A stretch of 64,000 nucleotides of DNA from a virus (IMGVR_UViG_3300030107_002828:4851-68850), one strand, 5' to 3'; positions 25,395-35,928 are shown, counted from the stretch's first letter. Notes: a model not told the origin generated them from the sequence alone. Translations and numbers: made by a program.

Positions 25395-25901
25395 ATGGGA
25401 TACACGCAAGGAAACAATCCATTATCAAGAAAAACTTCTCCTTTAAACGCGAATAATCCGTTTAAAAGAGTTTCACCATTAAATATGGCTCAAGGTGAAG
25501 GAGAAGAAAAAATGTCTCATAAAGAAATGAGAAAAGCTGGTAAATTAAAAGAGCACAAAGCTAAAATGCACGGTAAAGATCCAGAAAGAGAAGAAGAGAT
25601 TATGGATGAAAACCTTAGTCAAGAAGCTAATATACCTATGGGTCCAGAAAGAAGATCTTCATCTCCACTTGATTTAAATGGAGAAGAGTTAACAGCTTAT
25701 AAAGATGTTGCTGAAGAAGATATTCCTGGTTATGATGATGGTGCGGAGGGATTCGATTATGAAGCAATGGATAGAGCTAATACTAACACACCTGGATATA
25801 CAGATGAAGAAGCAGAAAAAGAATTTAATAGAATGAAGTATATAACTGATGCTTCAATTAAAAAAGGAGCAGGAGTTGTAATAAATGCTAAAAAATCTTA
25901 G
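25395..25901 (+). CDS. NPLSR-SPL motif protein
   Basis: MGYTQGNNPLSRKTSPLNANNPFKRVSPLN. Confidence 0.75.
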   Translation: MGYTQGNNPLSRKTSPLNANNPFKRVSPLNMAQGEGEEKMSHKEMRKAGKLKEHKAKMHGKDPEREEEIMDENLSQEANIPMGPERRSSSPLDLNGEELTAYKDVAEEDIPGYDDGAEGFDYEAMDRANTNTPGYTDEEAEKEFNRMKYITDASIKKGAGVVINAKKS

Positions 25902-25903
25902 TT

Positions 25904-26392
25904 ATGTCTTATAAACAAACAAACAATCCGTTAAGTAGAAAAACTAGTCCTTTATTAAGAACAAGTCCTTTAAAAGAAGTTAAGCCTATTGAATTAGAAA
26001 CTGTAGATTTAGGTACTATAAAGTCTACTAATCCTAGACCTCCTGTACGATCTGTTGTTGATGATGTAACTAGTACTATATTAGAATTACAAGGTAATCA
26101 ACCATCCGCAAGTGAAGTTATTAAACCAATAGCTCCAAAAGCTGATACTAGTGTACTAGAAACAGATTTAGGTCAAAAAGCTATGGCGAGTAGCGCTGCT
26201 GCAGGAGATGAAAGTTTAAGTGATGTAGATAGAAATATTGCTGAAAGACGTTCACGTAGACAGTTGGCTAGAGCACAAAGAAAAGAATTAAGAAAAAATA
26301 TGCCAAGAGGCAAAGAAAGAAGACAGAAAATAAAAGAGACCAGAAAAATTCAAGGTAAAAGACCTGAAAATATGGTTTCAACTAAAAAATAA
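25904..26392 (+). CDS. NPLSR-SPL motif protein with basic C-terminus
   Basis: MSYKQTNNPLSRKTSPLLRTSPLK. Confidence 0.75.
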   Translation: MSYKQTNNPLSRKTSPLLRTSPLKEVKPIELETVDLGTIKSTNPRPPVRSVVDDVTSTILELQGNQPSASEVIKPIAPKADTSVLETDLGQKAMASSAAAGDESLSDVDRNIAERRSRRQLARAQRKELRKNMPRGKERRQKIKETRKIQGKRPENMVSTKK

Positions 26393-26398
26393 ATTATC

Positions 26399-27331
26399 AT
26401 GATAATAAATCCAAGCACGTTAACTTCTGGTATAAAAGTTATTCCAAGTGACTCAATAAATATACCAGGACCTGTATTAAAGTTTGAGGGTGTTACGACA
26501 GCTGATTTAACTGATAAATTACAAGACACAAGCGCTCCATTAAGAGGTGGTTTTATACAAACCTTAAAACCATCCCCAAATGAAAATCAAGTTTTAAATC
26601 AAGGAGTTCAAATTGGTGATGTAGTATACAATACATCTACTGATAGACCCGGTATTGCTTATGTAACAGCGATAGACAGTAATGATACATTAAGTTTATC
26701 TGCGGATATATTTGTAAACGCAACAACAACAAGAGATGGTTATGCTATTTACCAAGGTAATGGGATAAATGTAAGTCAAGATTGGGGTTGGAAATTAGTA
26801 ACAGGAGATATATTTGCTCAAGTAACAGCTAATACAGCAGCTGGATTTAGTGCAGCTACTGATCAAGCTATTGTTCCATCTGGTGGAACTTATACAGGAG
26901 ACGCTACATTTACAATGACAGTTAGTGGTGGTGGAAGTGTAACAGATCTAGATATTGCAACAACTGGAAGTTTTGATTGGGTAGATCCTGTAGGGAAAAC
27001 AATAATATTTGATACAGCTACTATAAATGGAGTATTTGGTGGTGGTGGATCAGGTTCTGTAACTGCTACTTTTGTTGCAGCTAATACAACTTATGTTCCT
27101 CAACCTTCAGAATTAGGACAATCTAAGGCTTTTCAATTATATGTAGGTAGTGATGGAGGAAACGCCTATGTAACTACTAACATGGGAGAAGAAGTATTTA
27201 TAGAAAATATACCAGCAGGAACAGTTTTACCTTTAGCAGTAGCTAGAGTAAACGTAGGTGAAGCTGCAGCTCCAGGTAACGGAAACAAGAATACATTAAC
27301 AAGCGCTACTCAAATGGTAGCATTAACTTAA
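26399..27331 (+). CDS. virion structural protein (spike/decoration-like)
   Basis: VIPSDSINI...LYVG..GN...F.NIPAGTVLPLAVARV; Gly/Thr-rich inserts. Confidence 0.65.
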   Translation: MIINPSTLTSGIKVIPSDSINIPGPVLKFEGVTTADLTDKLQDTSAPLRGGFIQTLKPSPNENQVLNQGVQIGDVVYNTSTDRPGIAYVTAIDSNDTLSLSADIFVNATTTRDGYAIYQGNGINVSQDWGWKLVTGDIFAQVTANTAAGFSAATDQAIVPSGGTYTGDATFTMTVSGGGSVTDLDIATTGSFDWVDPVGKTIIFDTATINGVFGGGGSGSVTATFVAANTTYVPQPSELGQSKAFQLYVGSDGGNAYVTTNMGEEVFIENIPAGTVLPLAVARVNVGEAAAPGNGNKNTLTSATQMVALT

Positions 27332-27344
27332 ATAAATAAACAAA

Positions 27345-27683
27345 ATGGGACATCCAATACATAAACACATGCACACTCACATTACAAAACAAAATGTGAA
27401 AGCAGCAATCCGTGACGATAAAGCTCATATGGATTATCTTAAAAGAGATATTAAAGATGATGCAAGAGGTAAAGGAGACGGTAATAAAGAGTGGGAAACT
27501 GCTGATGAAAAACATATTACTAATTTAGCTAGAGACGTTAAAGATGATGAGAGAAAAGAGCACATATCAAGACATTCTTCTGACAAACAATTAACAATGG
27601 AAAGAAGAGCTGCTCTTAATGAAGACGATCCAATTAAAGATAGAGAGTGGGATTCAATACATAACACTAAAAAACTAGGATAA
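27345..27683 (+). CDS. His/Asp/Lys-rich hypothetical protein
   Basis: Repeated H-x-x-x-L-x-R-D-I/V-K-D-D. Confidence 0.7.
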   Translation: MGHPIHKHMHTHITKQNVKAAIRDDKAHMDYLKRDIKDDARGKGDGNKEWETADEKHITNLARDVKDDERKEHISRHSSDKQLTMERRAALNEDDPIKDREWDSIHNTKKLG

Positions 27684-27685
27684 TT

Positions 27686-27904
27686 ATGGCTTATATACAA
27701 AACAATCCTCTAAGTCGTCATTCTTCTCCACTATTAGCTAACGGTAAAGGTTGTGCTAAATCAGAAGGTGGGAATGGATGCGTAGTAGAAAGAGGTGGCG
27801 AATGGATTATTTTAAATAATAAAAAAGGTGGTGTGTGGAGAGATGGTTTCTCTTCTAAAGCTGAAGCGGATAAAGTATTAGCAGCATACCACGCGAATAG
27901 CTAA
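27686..27904 (+). CDS. NPLSR-SPL motif protein
   Basis: MAYIQNNPLSRHSSPLL. Confidence 0.75.
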   Translation: MAYIQNNPLSRHSSPLLANGKGCAKSEGGNGCVVERGGEWIILNNKKGGVWRDGFSSKAEADKVLAAYHANS

Positions 27905-27909
27905 AAACT

Positions 27910-29004
27910 ATGCCTTATATTCAGAAATGGGGAGTTTCGCGTTTAAACGCAGTATCACCATTAAACAATAATGGTTTTGGTCCTATAGCAGGAACAGGTA
28001 AAGACAGTGAGGTATTTAAAGCAAATTTCCCTACTGTAGATACTGATCCTGATAGCGATGTTGATATTATTCAACAAAATAATGATATTTCTACAAATCA
28101 AAAAGATCCTAATTTTGCAAAAAATTTCTTTGCAAGTGAACAAGCAAGTAGAGAAGAAGATGAAGAAATGGAAGCTAAAGGTTTTAAAAGAGATCCTGTA
28201 AATAATGAGTGGGTTGATGCTGAAGGATTTGATAAACTTATGACTGAAAATAAAGATGATTATAGAAATAGATACTTTAATATAGTTGATCACAGCCAAG
28301 GAGATACTCTTGCTGGTAAAGTTAAAACTTTATTAACTGAACCTTCAGCAGTACTTGACAAGGTAAGATCATTTTTACCGGGAGCTACTGATGAACTAAA
28401 AGAAAGAATGAAAGATATTAAGGGTAGTAATAAAGATTTTTTTACTGGTCTTAGAAAAACTGCTGAAGCCTCAGATGCAGGAAGCGATAGTGCGCGTGAA
28501 ACTTTGTATGGTAGTGGATTTTCTGGTGGTACAAACATGATTAGAAACGAAGCGGCGAATTGGATTCCTCAGAATGTTGCAATGCAAACTGGATCAGATA
28601 TAGGAGGTAATTTAAGAGCAGCATATGAAGGCGGTGCTTATCATCCATCTGGTAGAGTAATACCTAAAGAATGGAGTGATAAACCTCAACACAATTTAAC
28701 AGCAGCTGCACAAGATGCTTCTTTATATTTACCAGCAATTACAGGGGCATTGAAGAACACATCATATGGTAAAAAATTTAACCTAGCTAATAAAATTTAT
28801 GGTAAACTTTGGAAAGGAGATAAAGGCATAAACACTTTAAAATATTTTACAGGAAAAGAAAAAAGTAAAGATTTTTTTGGAAGTACTAAAGACTTAGCTA
28901 CATCTACAGTAACTAGCCCAAGTATGAAACCAGGAGCGATTAGCGGTATATTTGGAGCAACTACTAAAGCTGCAAGTTGGTTAGCTAATAAATTTAAAGA
29001 TTAA
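27910..29004 (+). CDS. SPL motif protein (possible internal virion protein)
   Basis: MPYIQKWGVSRLNAVSPLN. Confidence 0.7.
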   Translation: MPYIQKWGVSRLNAVSPLNNNGFGPIAGTGKDSEVFKANFPTVDTDPDSDVDIIQQNNDISTNQKDPNFAKNFFASEQASREEDEEMEAKGFKRDPVNNEWVDAEGFDKLMTENKDDYRNRYFNIVDHSQGDTLAGKVKTLLTEPSAVLDKVRSFLPGATDELKERMKDIKGSNKDFFTGLRKTAEASDAGSDSARETLYGSGFSGGTNMIRNEAANWIPQNVAMQTGSDIGGNLRAAYEGGAYHPSGRVIPKEWSDKPQHNLTAAAQDASLYLPAITGALKNTSYGKKFNLANKIYGKLWKGDKGINTLKYFTGKEKSKDFFGSTKDLATSTVTSPSMKPGAISGIFGATTKAASWLANKFKD

Positions 29005-29005
29005 T

Positions 29006-29326
29006 ATGGCGTTTAAAATGAAACCTCCGTTTGAAAAACAACCTCCAATTTATGAGAGAGAATTAGAAGAAGGATGTTTAGGTAAAGGTAATAAAAATGG
29101 AACTATATTAATATCAGAAGATTTACCGCTTAAAGATCATGAAAGCATAATTGATCATGAAAAAGTTCATTTAGATCAAATAAAAAGAGGTGATCTTTGG
29201 TATGATGATGAAGCTGTTTATTGGAAAGGTAAAAAATATAGTAGATCTAAAATGAAGGAAGGTAATCCTGATTTACCTTGGGAAAAAGAAGCTTACAACA
29301 AAACAGACGATTACGAAAAACTATAA
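29006..29326 (+). CDS. small zincin-like metallopeptidase
   Basis: HEKVH (HExxH) followed by PWEKEAY. Confidence 0.75.
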   Translation: MAFKMKPPFEKQPPIYERELEEGCLGKGNKNGTILISEDLPLKDHESIIDHEKVHLDQIKRGDLWYDDEAVYWKGKKYSRSKMKEGNPDLPWEKEAYNKTDDYEKL

Positions 29327-29330
29327 TAAA

Positions 29331-29474
29331 ATGAAATCAAAAGGTTTAGGTGATACAGTAGAAAAATTTACAAAAGCAACAGGAATAAAAAAATTAGCAG
29401 AAAGTATACCTGGAGGATGTGGATGTCAGTCAAGAAAAGAAAAATTAAATAACTTATTTCCTTACAATAAATAA
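29331..29474 (+). CDS. small phage protein (47 aa, not in ORF track)
   Basis: MKSKGLGDTVEKFTKATGIKK...CGCQSRKEKLNNLFPY. Confidence 0.75.
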   Translation: MKSKGLGDTVEKFTKATGIKKLAESIPGGCGCQSRKEKLNNLFPYNK

Positions 29475-29475
29475 C

Positions 29476-29931
29476 ATGTCAAAAAAGAAATTTAAAGATA
29501 CAACTGTTGGACAACTATTATTTGGTGCTGCTTCTGTAATAAATCCTACTTTAGGAAATGTATTACAAGGAGTAACTTCACCAAAAGAAGCTATTGAAGC
29601 TATAACTAAATCAGATGCTCCTGCAGATGATAAAATAAAATTACAACAGATAATATACGAACAACAAAATAAAGAAATAGAAGCTATAACTTCAAGATGG
29701 GAGGCTGATTCAATGTCAGATTCTTGGTGGAGTAAAAACGTGCGTCCATTAGTTTTAGTATGGTGTATAGTTATATTTTCATTAGCTGGTATTTTAGATA
29801 GTATAGAAACATTACCATTTCATATAAACGAATTATGGAATGATACTTTTGAGAAAATAATGATGTCAGTTGTTTTAGCCTATTTTGGTGGACGAAGTAG
29901 TGAAAAAGTAACCAGCATATTTAAAAAGTAA
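29476..29931 (+). CDS. holin (3TM / gene-transfer-agent type)
   Basis: RWEADSMSDSWWSKNVRP followed by TM helices and YFGGRS. Confidence 0.8.
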   Translation: MSKKKFKDTTVGQLLFGAASVINPTLGNVLQGVTSPKEAIEAITKSDAPADDKIKLQQIIYEQQNKEIEAITSRWEADSMSDSWWSKNVRPLVLVWCIVIFSLAGILDSIETLPFHINELWNDTFEKIMMSVVLAYFGGRSSEKVTSIFKK

Positions 29932-29959
29932 AATCACAAATTAATAGGTGATAAATATA
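29928..29959 (+). promoter_or_regulatory. class II promoter motif upstream of the packaging/head genes
   Basis: GTAA-N16-GTGATAAATA. Confidence 0.65.
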
Positions 29960-29991
29960 TAGAGTAATAATAATAATTAAAATCAAATCAA

Positions 29992-30258
29992 ATGGCAAAA
30001 AAAGCAAAAGCAAAAGAAATTAAAAAAATAACTTCAGAAGAATTAGAACAAATTAAAGAACAACAATCAAATATTCAAAGAGTATTAGTTGATTTAGGTT
30101 CGTTAGAAGCTAAAAAAATTGAAGTATTAGATAGTTACAAAGATTTTTTAGGTAAATTAGAAGTAACTAAAAAAGAACTAGAAGAAAAATATGGTCAAGT
30201 TAATATTAATTTAACTGACGGTAGTTATACTATGATAGAGGAAAAAGAAACTAAGTAA
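29992..30258 (+). CDS. coiled-coil hypothetical protein
   Basis: Ends LEEKYGQVNINLTDGSY. Confidence 0.75.
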   Translation: MAKKAKAKEIKKITSEELEQIKEQQSNIQRVLVDLGSLEAKKIEVLDSYKDFLGKLEVTKKELEEKYGQVNINLTDGSYTMIEEKETK

Positions 30259-30259
30259 A

Positions 30260-30487
30260 ATGAACTCTATTATAAGAAAAATAAGTATAGGCGCGGACTA
30301 TAAAAACGAAGCTATGCATTATTCTATAGGTCAATCCGTTTATGGTGGCCATGTAATACATAGTATTAGTTTAAATGAAGAAGATAATTCTTATAATATT
30401 TATATTAAAAAAGAGGACGAAGTAATGCCATGGAAAAAATTTAATTCCAATATGGCTATTTCTGTTGAATATGATTTAGAATATTAA
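30260..30487 (+). CDS. hypothetical protein
   Basis: 75-aa ORF coupled to the next gene. Confidence 0.75.
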   Translation: MNSIIRKISIGADYKNEAMHYSIGQSVYGGHVIHSISLNEEDNSYNIYIKKEDEVMPWKKFNSNMAISVEYDLEY

Positions 30488-31092
30488 TGAATAGTATATA
30501 TGATTTTATTATAAAACCTAAGAATAATAGGTATAATAATGAAGTTGAAATAGGTGATAAAAAACTTATAGTTAACGCAAGTATTGAAGATCATAAAATG
30601 GTAAGTAGGCACGCTATAGTCGTGTCTACTCCATTAGTTTATTGTACTGATATTAAAGTAGGAGATGAAATTATTATTCATCATAATATATTTAGAAGAT
30701 GGTATGATATAAAAGGAAAAGAAAGAAATAGTTCTCAGTATTTTAAAGAAAATAAATATTTTTGCAAACCTAATCAAATATATTTATACAAAAAAAATAA
30801 TACTTGGCATCCATTTATGAATAGATGTTTTGTAATGCCTATAAAAGATAATAATTCTCTAACATTAGATTTAGAAAAAAAATGTATTGGGATATTAAAA
30901 ATAGGTAATAATGAATTAGAGGCATCTAATATTAATCCAGGGGATCTAGTTGGTTATAAACCAGGGAAAGAATGGGAGTTTATTATAGATGGTCAAAGAA
31001 TTTATTGTATGAAATCAAATGATATTGTTATAAAGTATGAGCACAAAGGAAACGAAAAAGAATATAATCCAAGCTGGGCAAGTAGCAGTTAA
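30487..31092 (+). CDS. tandem GroES-fold-like protein
   Basis: Two halves, each with a GroES-like pattern (IKVGDEIII; INPGDLVGY...IDGQRIY..KSNDI). Confidence 0.6.
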   Translation: MNSIYDFIIKPKNNRYNNEVEIGDKKLIVNASIEDHKMVSRHAIVVSTPLVYCTDIKVGDEIIIHHNIFRRWYDIKGKERNSSQYFKENKYFCKPNQIYLYKKNNTWHPFMNRCFVMPIKDNNSLTLDLEKKCIGILKIGNNELEASNINPGDLVGYKPGKEWEFIIDGQRIYCMKSNDIVIKYEHKGNEKEYNPSWASSS

Positions 31093-31312
31093 AGAATTAA
31101 TTAAAGTTGCTAAAGAACCTATTATAGATTATGGTCCAGATATTTCCGCAGATAGATTAAAAAATGCTGCAGCTACTAAAAAACTAGCTATATTTGATGC
31201 TTTTGAAATATTAAATAGATTAGAAGAAGAAAAAAATATGTTAGAAGACAAACCTAAAGAAGAAAAAAAAGAAAAAACTTTTAAAGGTTTTGCTGAAGGG
31301 AGGTCTAAATAA
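31037..31312 (+). CDS. putative terminase small subunit
   Basis: Small helical ORF directly upstream of TerL; positional inference. Confidence 0.5.
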   Translation: MSTKETKKNIIQAGQVAVKELIKVAKEPIIDYGPDISADRLKNAAATKKLAIFDAFEILNRLEEEKNMLEDKPKEEKKEKTFKGFAEGRSK

Positions 31313-33522
31313 TGTATAAGCAAGTATTATATAAGGTATTAGATAATCATATTAAACCTAAAATTATTAATCGATTAAATCGGTATAGTAAATGGGAATA
31401 TGGTTATAACAAAGAACATGATGTTATAGTTATATCTAAAACAGGAAAAATAGGTGAAATATATGAGATACAAAATCTTAAAATAGCTTTACCTAAAGAA
31501 GAAAAAGTTCATAAATTTGAAAATAATAAATGGACTAAAACTGAATATCCCAAAGCATTAAGTAGAATCAAAACTGTTTTTGATTGGAAAGAATATCCAG
31601 AAGATTTTAAAGAAAAATGGTTTGAATATATTGATGAAGAGTTTAAAAGACGTGAAGAAGGATTTTGGTTTTATAATAAAGATAAAGCAACTTATTTAAC
31701 TGGTACTCATTACATGTATTTACAATGGAGTAAAATAGATGTTGGAGCACCTGATTTTAGAGAAGCAAATAGATTATTCTTTTTATTTTGGGAAGCATGT
31801 AAAGCTGATACAAGATGTTATGGAATGTGTTATCTTAAAAACCGTAGATCTGGTTTTTCATTCATGGCTTCAGGAGAAATTGTTAATTTGGCAAGTATAT
31901 CAAGTGATTCAAGATATGGAATATTATCTAAAACTGGACCTGATGCAAAAAAGATGTTTACCGATAAGGTTGTACCAATATCTGTAAATTATCCTTTCTT
32001 TTTTAAACCTATTCAAGATGGTATGGATAGACCTAAAACAGAATTAGCATATAGAGTTCCAGCTTCTAAATTTACTAGAAGAAAGATAGAACAAGGAAGC
32101 GAAGCAATAGATTTACAAGGATTAGATACAACTATTGACTGGAAAAACACAGGTGATAACTCTTATGATGGTGAAAAACTAAAGTTATTAGTACATGATG
32201 AATCAGGTAAATGGGAAAAACCAAACAATATTTTAAACAACTGGAGAGTTACCAAAACTACCTTAAGATTAGGTTCTAGAATTATTGGTAAATGTATGAT
32301 GGGATCAACTTCTAACGCATTAGATAAAGGTGGTAGAAACTTTAAAAAATTATATGATAGCTCAGATGTTACAAAAAGAAACCGCAATGGACAGACTAGC
32401 TCGGGATTATATTCTTTGTTCATACCTATGGAATGGAACTACGAAGGATACATTGATTCTTATGGCTTACCTGTCTTCAATACCCCAACTAATGAAGTCC
32501 AAGGACCGCAAGGAGAATTTATCGATCTTGGAGTCATCGAATATTGGGAAAATGAAGTTGATGGATTAAAAAACGATCAAGATGCTTTAAATGAATTTTA
32601 TCGACAATTTCCTCGAACTACTAAGCATGCTTTTAGAGATGAATCTAAATCATCATTATTTAATTTAACTAAAATTTATCAACAAATAGATTTTAACGAA
32701 GACGCGAATAATAAAGCTTTAGTTACTCAAGGTAATTTTATGTGGGAAAACGGAATTAAAGATAGTAAAGTAGCGTTTTATCCTAATAATACAGGTAGAT
32801 TTTTTATAACTTGGATTCCAGGTAAAAATTTACAAAATAGATTTATAGAAAAAAATGGTATTAAATATCCTGGTAATGAACATATGGGCGCATTCGGTTG
32901 TGATCCTTATGATATATCGGGTACTGTAGATAAAAGAGGGTCTAATGGATCTCTTCATGGTTTAACTAAGTTTAGTATGGAAAATGCTCCACCAGATCAT
33001 TTCTTTTTAGAGTATATAGCTAGACCACAAACAGCTGAAATATTTTTTGAAGATGTATTAATGGCGTGTATATTTTATGGGATGCCAATACTAGCAGAAA
33101 ATAATAAACCAAGATTATTATATCATTTTAAAAGACGAGGATATAGAGGTTTTTCAATGAACAGACCAGATAAATTTAGAAATAAATTATCTGTAACAGA
33201 AAGAGAAATAGGTGGAATACCTAATTCAAGTGAAGATATAAAACAAGCTCATGCTGCAGCTATAGAATCTTATATAGAAACAAAAATAGGTTTTAATGGA
33301 GATGCTTATGGAGATATGTACTTCCAAAGAACCTTAGAAGATTGGTCTGCTTTTGATATAAATAATAGAACTAAACATGATGCGTCTATTAGCTCTGGTT
33401 TAGCTTTAATTGCTTGTAATAAAAATAGATACGCTCCAATGAGTAGAAGAAAACGTGATTCAATTGACTTAGGTATTAAAAAATATAACAACAAAGGATT
33501 GGTCTCAAAAATAATTAACTAA
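31312..33522 (+). CDS. terL: terminase large subunit
   Basis: Walker A variant KNRRSGFS; Walker B LLVHDESGK; GSTSN; nuclease GCDPYD...AENN...HDA. Confidence 0.92.
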   Translation: MYKQVLYKVLDNHIKPKIINRLNRYSKWEYGYNKEHDVIVISKTGKIGEIYEIQNLKIALPKEEKVHKFENNKWTKTEYPKALSRIKTVFDWKEYPEDFKEKWFEYIDEEFKRREEGFWFYNKDKATYLTGTHYMYLQWSKIDVGAPDFREANRLFFLFWEACKADTRCYGMCYLKNRRSGFSFMASGEIVNLASISSDSRYGILSKTGPDAKKMFTDKVVPISVNYPFFFKPIQDGMDRPKTELAYRVPASKFTRRKIEQGSEAIDLQGLDTTIDWKNTGDNSYDGEKLKLLVHDESGKWEKPNNILNNWRVTKTTLRLGSRIIGKCMMGSTSNALDKGGRNFKKLYDSSDVTKRNRNGQTSSGLYSLFIPMEWNYEGYIDSYGLPVFNTPTNEVQGPQGEFIDLGVIEYWENEVDGLKNDQDALNEFYRQFPRTTKHAFRDESKSSLFNLTKIYQQIDFNEDANNKALVTQGNFMWENGIKDSKVAFYPNNTGRFFITWIPGKNLQNRFIEKNGIKYPGNEHMGAFGCDPYDISGTVDKRGSNGSLHGLTKFSMENAPPDHFFLEYIARPQTAEIFFEDVLMACIFYGMPILAENNKPRLLYHFKRRGYRGFSMNRPDKFRNKLSVTEREIGGIPNSSEDIKQAHAAAIESYIETKIGFNGDAYGDMYFQRTLEDWSAFDINNRTKHDASISSGLALIACNKNRYAPMSRRKRDSIDLGIKKYNNKGLVSKIIN

Positions 33523-35907
33523 ATGAATATATACGCAAATCCAAATAGCGCATTTCCGAGCCAAGTAGTTCCAGATGCTGAAAAATCTTCCATTGACTAT
33601 GGTAGAAGAGTTGCACAAGCTATTGAAAGTGAGTGGTGGAGGCAAGGTGGCAATGGCACTAGATTTGCTTCGTCTTATAATCAATTTCATACATTAAGAT
33701 TATATGCTCGTGGTGAGCAACCAGTTCAAAAATATAAAGACGAATTAGCTATTAATGGTGATATGTCTTATCTTAATTTAGATTGGAAACCTGTTCCAGT
33801 AATTTCTAAATTTGTAGATATTGTAGTAAATGGTTTATCTGAGAAACAATTTGAAATTAATGCTTACGCTCAAGATCCTATTTCTTTAAAGAAAAGAACA
33901 GATTACGCTAGTGCTATCTTACAAGATATGATGGCTAAACCCTATTTAGATAATCTTCAAGCAACATTAGGTGTTAGTGAATATCAAAGTCCAGATCCAG
34001 CTAATCTTCCAGAAAATGAAGAAGAATTAGATCTTCACATGCAGTTAAGTTATAAACAATCTATAGAAATTGCTCAAGAAGAAGTAATAGATAATACTTT
34101 AGCAAAAAATAAATATCCTAATATTAAGAAAAGATTTTTCTATGATTTAGTTACTTTAGGTATTGGTGCAGTAAAAACTGATTGGAACAAAGCTAATGGA
34201 GTTACAATTGATTATGTTGATCCATCTCGATTAATATATTCTTACACTGAAGATCCTAATTTTGAAGATATATATTATGTAGGAGAAGTTAAACAATTAA
34301 CTATTCCTGAAATAGCTAAACAATTTCCTCATTTAACAGAAGAACAATTAGATAGAATTTCTAAAACTAAAGGTTATCAAAACGAAAGATTATATGGTTG
34401 GCAAACTTATGATCCCGATACAGTTCAAATTTTATTTTTTGAATACAAGACTTATAATACTCAAGTATTTAAAATAAAACAAACTGAAAGTGGTTTAGAA
34501 AAAGCATTAGAAAAACCTGATACATTTAATCCTCCTAAAAATGATAAATTTGAAAGAGTAGAAAGAAAAATAGAAGTTCTATATAAAGGAGTGAAATGTA
34601 TAGGTAATAATGAATTAATAGAGTGGAAATTGTCTGAAAACATGACAAGACCTTTTGCAGATACTACTAAAGTAGAAATGAGTTATGCTATTGCTGCTCC
34701 TCGTATGTATAAAGGAAGAATTAATTCTATAGTTAGTAAAATAACTGGGTTTGCTGATATGATTCAATTAACTCATTTAAAACTACAACAAGTAATTGCA
34801 AGAATGGTACCAGACGGTGTATTCTTAGATATGGATGGTTTAGCAGAAGTTGATTTAGGTAATGGTACTAATTATAATCCAGCTGAAGCATTGAATATGT
34901 ATTTCCAAACTGGTAGTATTGTTGGTAGATCATTAACTCAAGAAGGTGAAATGAATCCAGGTAAAGTACCTATTCAAGAACTACAAACATCTTCTGGTGG
35001 TCAAAAAATATCTAGTTTAATACAAACTTATCAGTATTATTTACAACTAATAAGAGATGTGACCGGACTTAATGAAGCTAGAGATGGATCTGTACCTGAT
35101 AAAAATACTTTAGTTGGTTTACAAAAAATGGCAGCTAATCAATCCAATATTGCTACTAAGCATATATTAAATGCTGGATTATGGTTAACAACTAGAACAT
35201 GTGAAAATGTAACTTTAAAAGTTGCTGATTCATTAAAATTCCCTCTTACTCTAAATTCTTTAAAGAGTTCTATATCTACTTATAATGTAGGCACCTTGTC
35301 AGAGATACAAAATTTAAATCAGCATGATTTTGGTATTTATCTTAAATTAGAACCAGAAGAAGAAGAAAAAGGAATGTTAGAACAAAATATTCAAATGTCT
35401 CTTCAACAAGGAGGTATTGATTTAGAAGATGCTATTGATATTCGTCAAGTTAAAAATATAAAATTAGCTAACGATATGTTAAAGCAAAAACGCAAAAAAG
35501 CAGCTAAAGCTAAACAGCAGCAAGAGCAAGCTATGGTACAAGCCCAAGAACAAGCTAAAGCTGCAGCTGATCAAGCTAGAGCTCAAGCAGAAATGCAAAA
35601 ACAACAAGCTCTTACATCTTCGCAGGTTCAATTTGAACAAGCTAAAAACCAAATGGAAATTCAAAGGTTACAAACTGCTTCTCAAATTAAACAACAAGAA
35701 ATGCAGATACAACATCAATTTGATTTAGAATTAAAACAAATGGAAGTTGAAGCTATGAAAGCTAAAGAAGCAGCGATAGAAGATCGTAAAGATAAGAGAA
35801 CCAAAATAGAAGGTACTCAACAAAGTCGAATGATTGATCAAAGAAATAATGATTTAATGCCAATTGACTTTGAAAAACAAACTCCGGGTGTACAACCGGG
35901 TATTTAA
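33523..35907 (+). CDS. portal protein
   Basis: 794 aa after TerL; VTGLNEARDG motif; Gln-rich C-terminal barrel helix as in P22/crAss-type portals. Confidence 0.88.
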   Translation: MNIYANPNSAFPSQVVPDAEKSSIDYGRRVAQAIESEWWRQGGNGTRFASSYNQFHTLRLYARGEQPVQKYKDELAINGDMSYLNLDWKPVPVISKFVDIVVNGLSEKQFEINAYAQDPISLKKRTDYASAILQDMMAKPYLDNLQATLGVSEYQSPDPANLPENEEELDLHMQLSYKQSIEIAQEEVIDNTLAKNKYPNIKKRFFYDLVTLGIGAVKTDWNKANGVTIDYVDPSRLIYSYTEDPNFEDIYYVGEVKQLTIPEIAKQFPHLTEEQLDRISKTKGYQNERLYGWQTYDPDTVQILFFEYKTYNTQVFKIKQTESGLEKALEKPDTFNPPKNDKFERVERKIEVLYKGVKCIGNNELIEWKLSENMTRPFADTTKVEMSYAIAAPRMYKGRINSIVSKITGFADMIQLTHLKLQQVIARMVPDGVFLDMDGLAEVDLGNGTNYNPAEALNMYFQTGSIVGRSLTQEGEMNPGKVPIQELQTSSGGQKISSLIQTYQYYLQLIRDVTGLNEARDGSVPDKNTLVGLQKMAANQSNIATKHILNAGLWLTTRTCENVTLKVADSLKFPLTLNSLKSSISTYNVGTLSEIQNLNQHDFGIYLKLEPEEEEKGMLEQNIQMSLQQGGIDLEDAIDIRQVKNIKLANDMLKQKRKKAAKAKQQQEQAMVQAQEQAKAAADQARAQAEMQKQQALTSSQVQFEQAKNQMEIQRLQTASQIKQQEMQIQHQFDLELKQMEVEAMKAKEAAIEDRKDKRTKIEGTQQSRMIDQRNNDLMPIDFEKQTPGVQPGI

Positions 35908-35928
35908 TTAATTTTATAATATTATATT

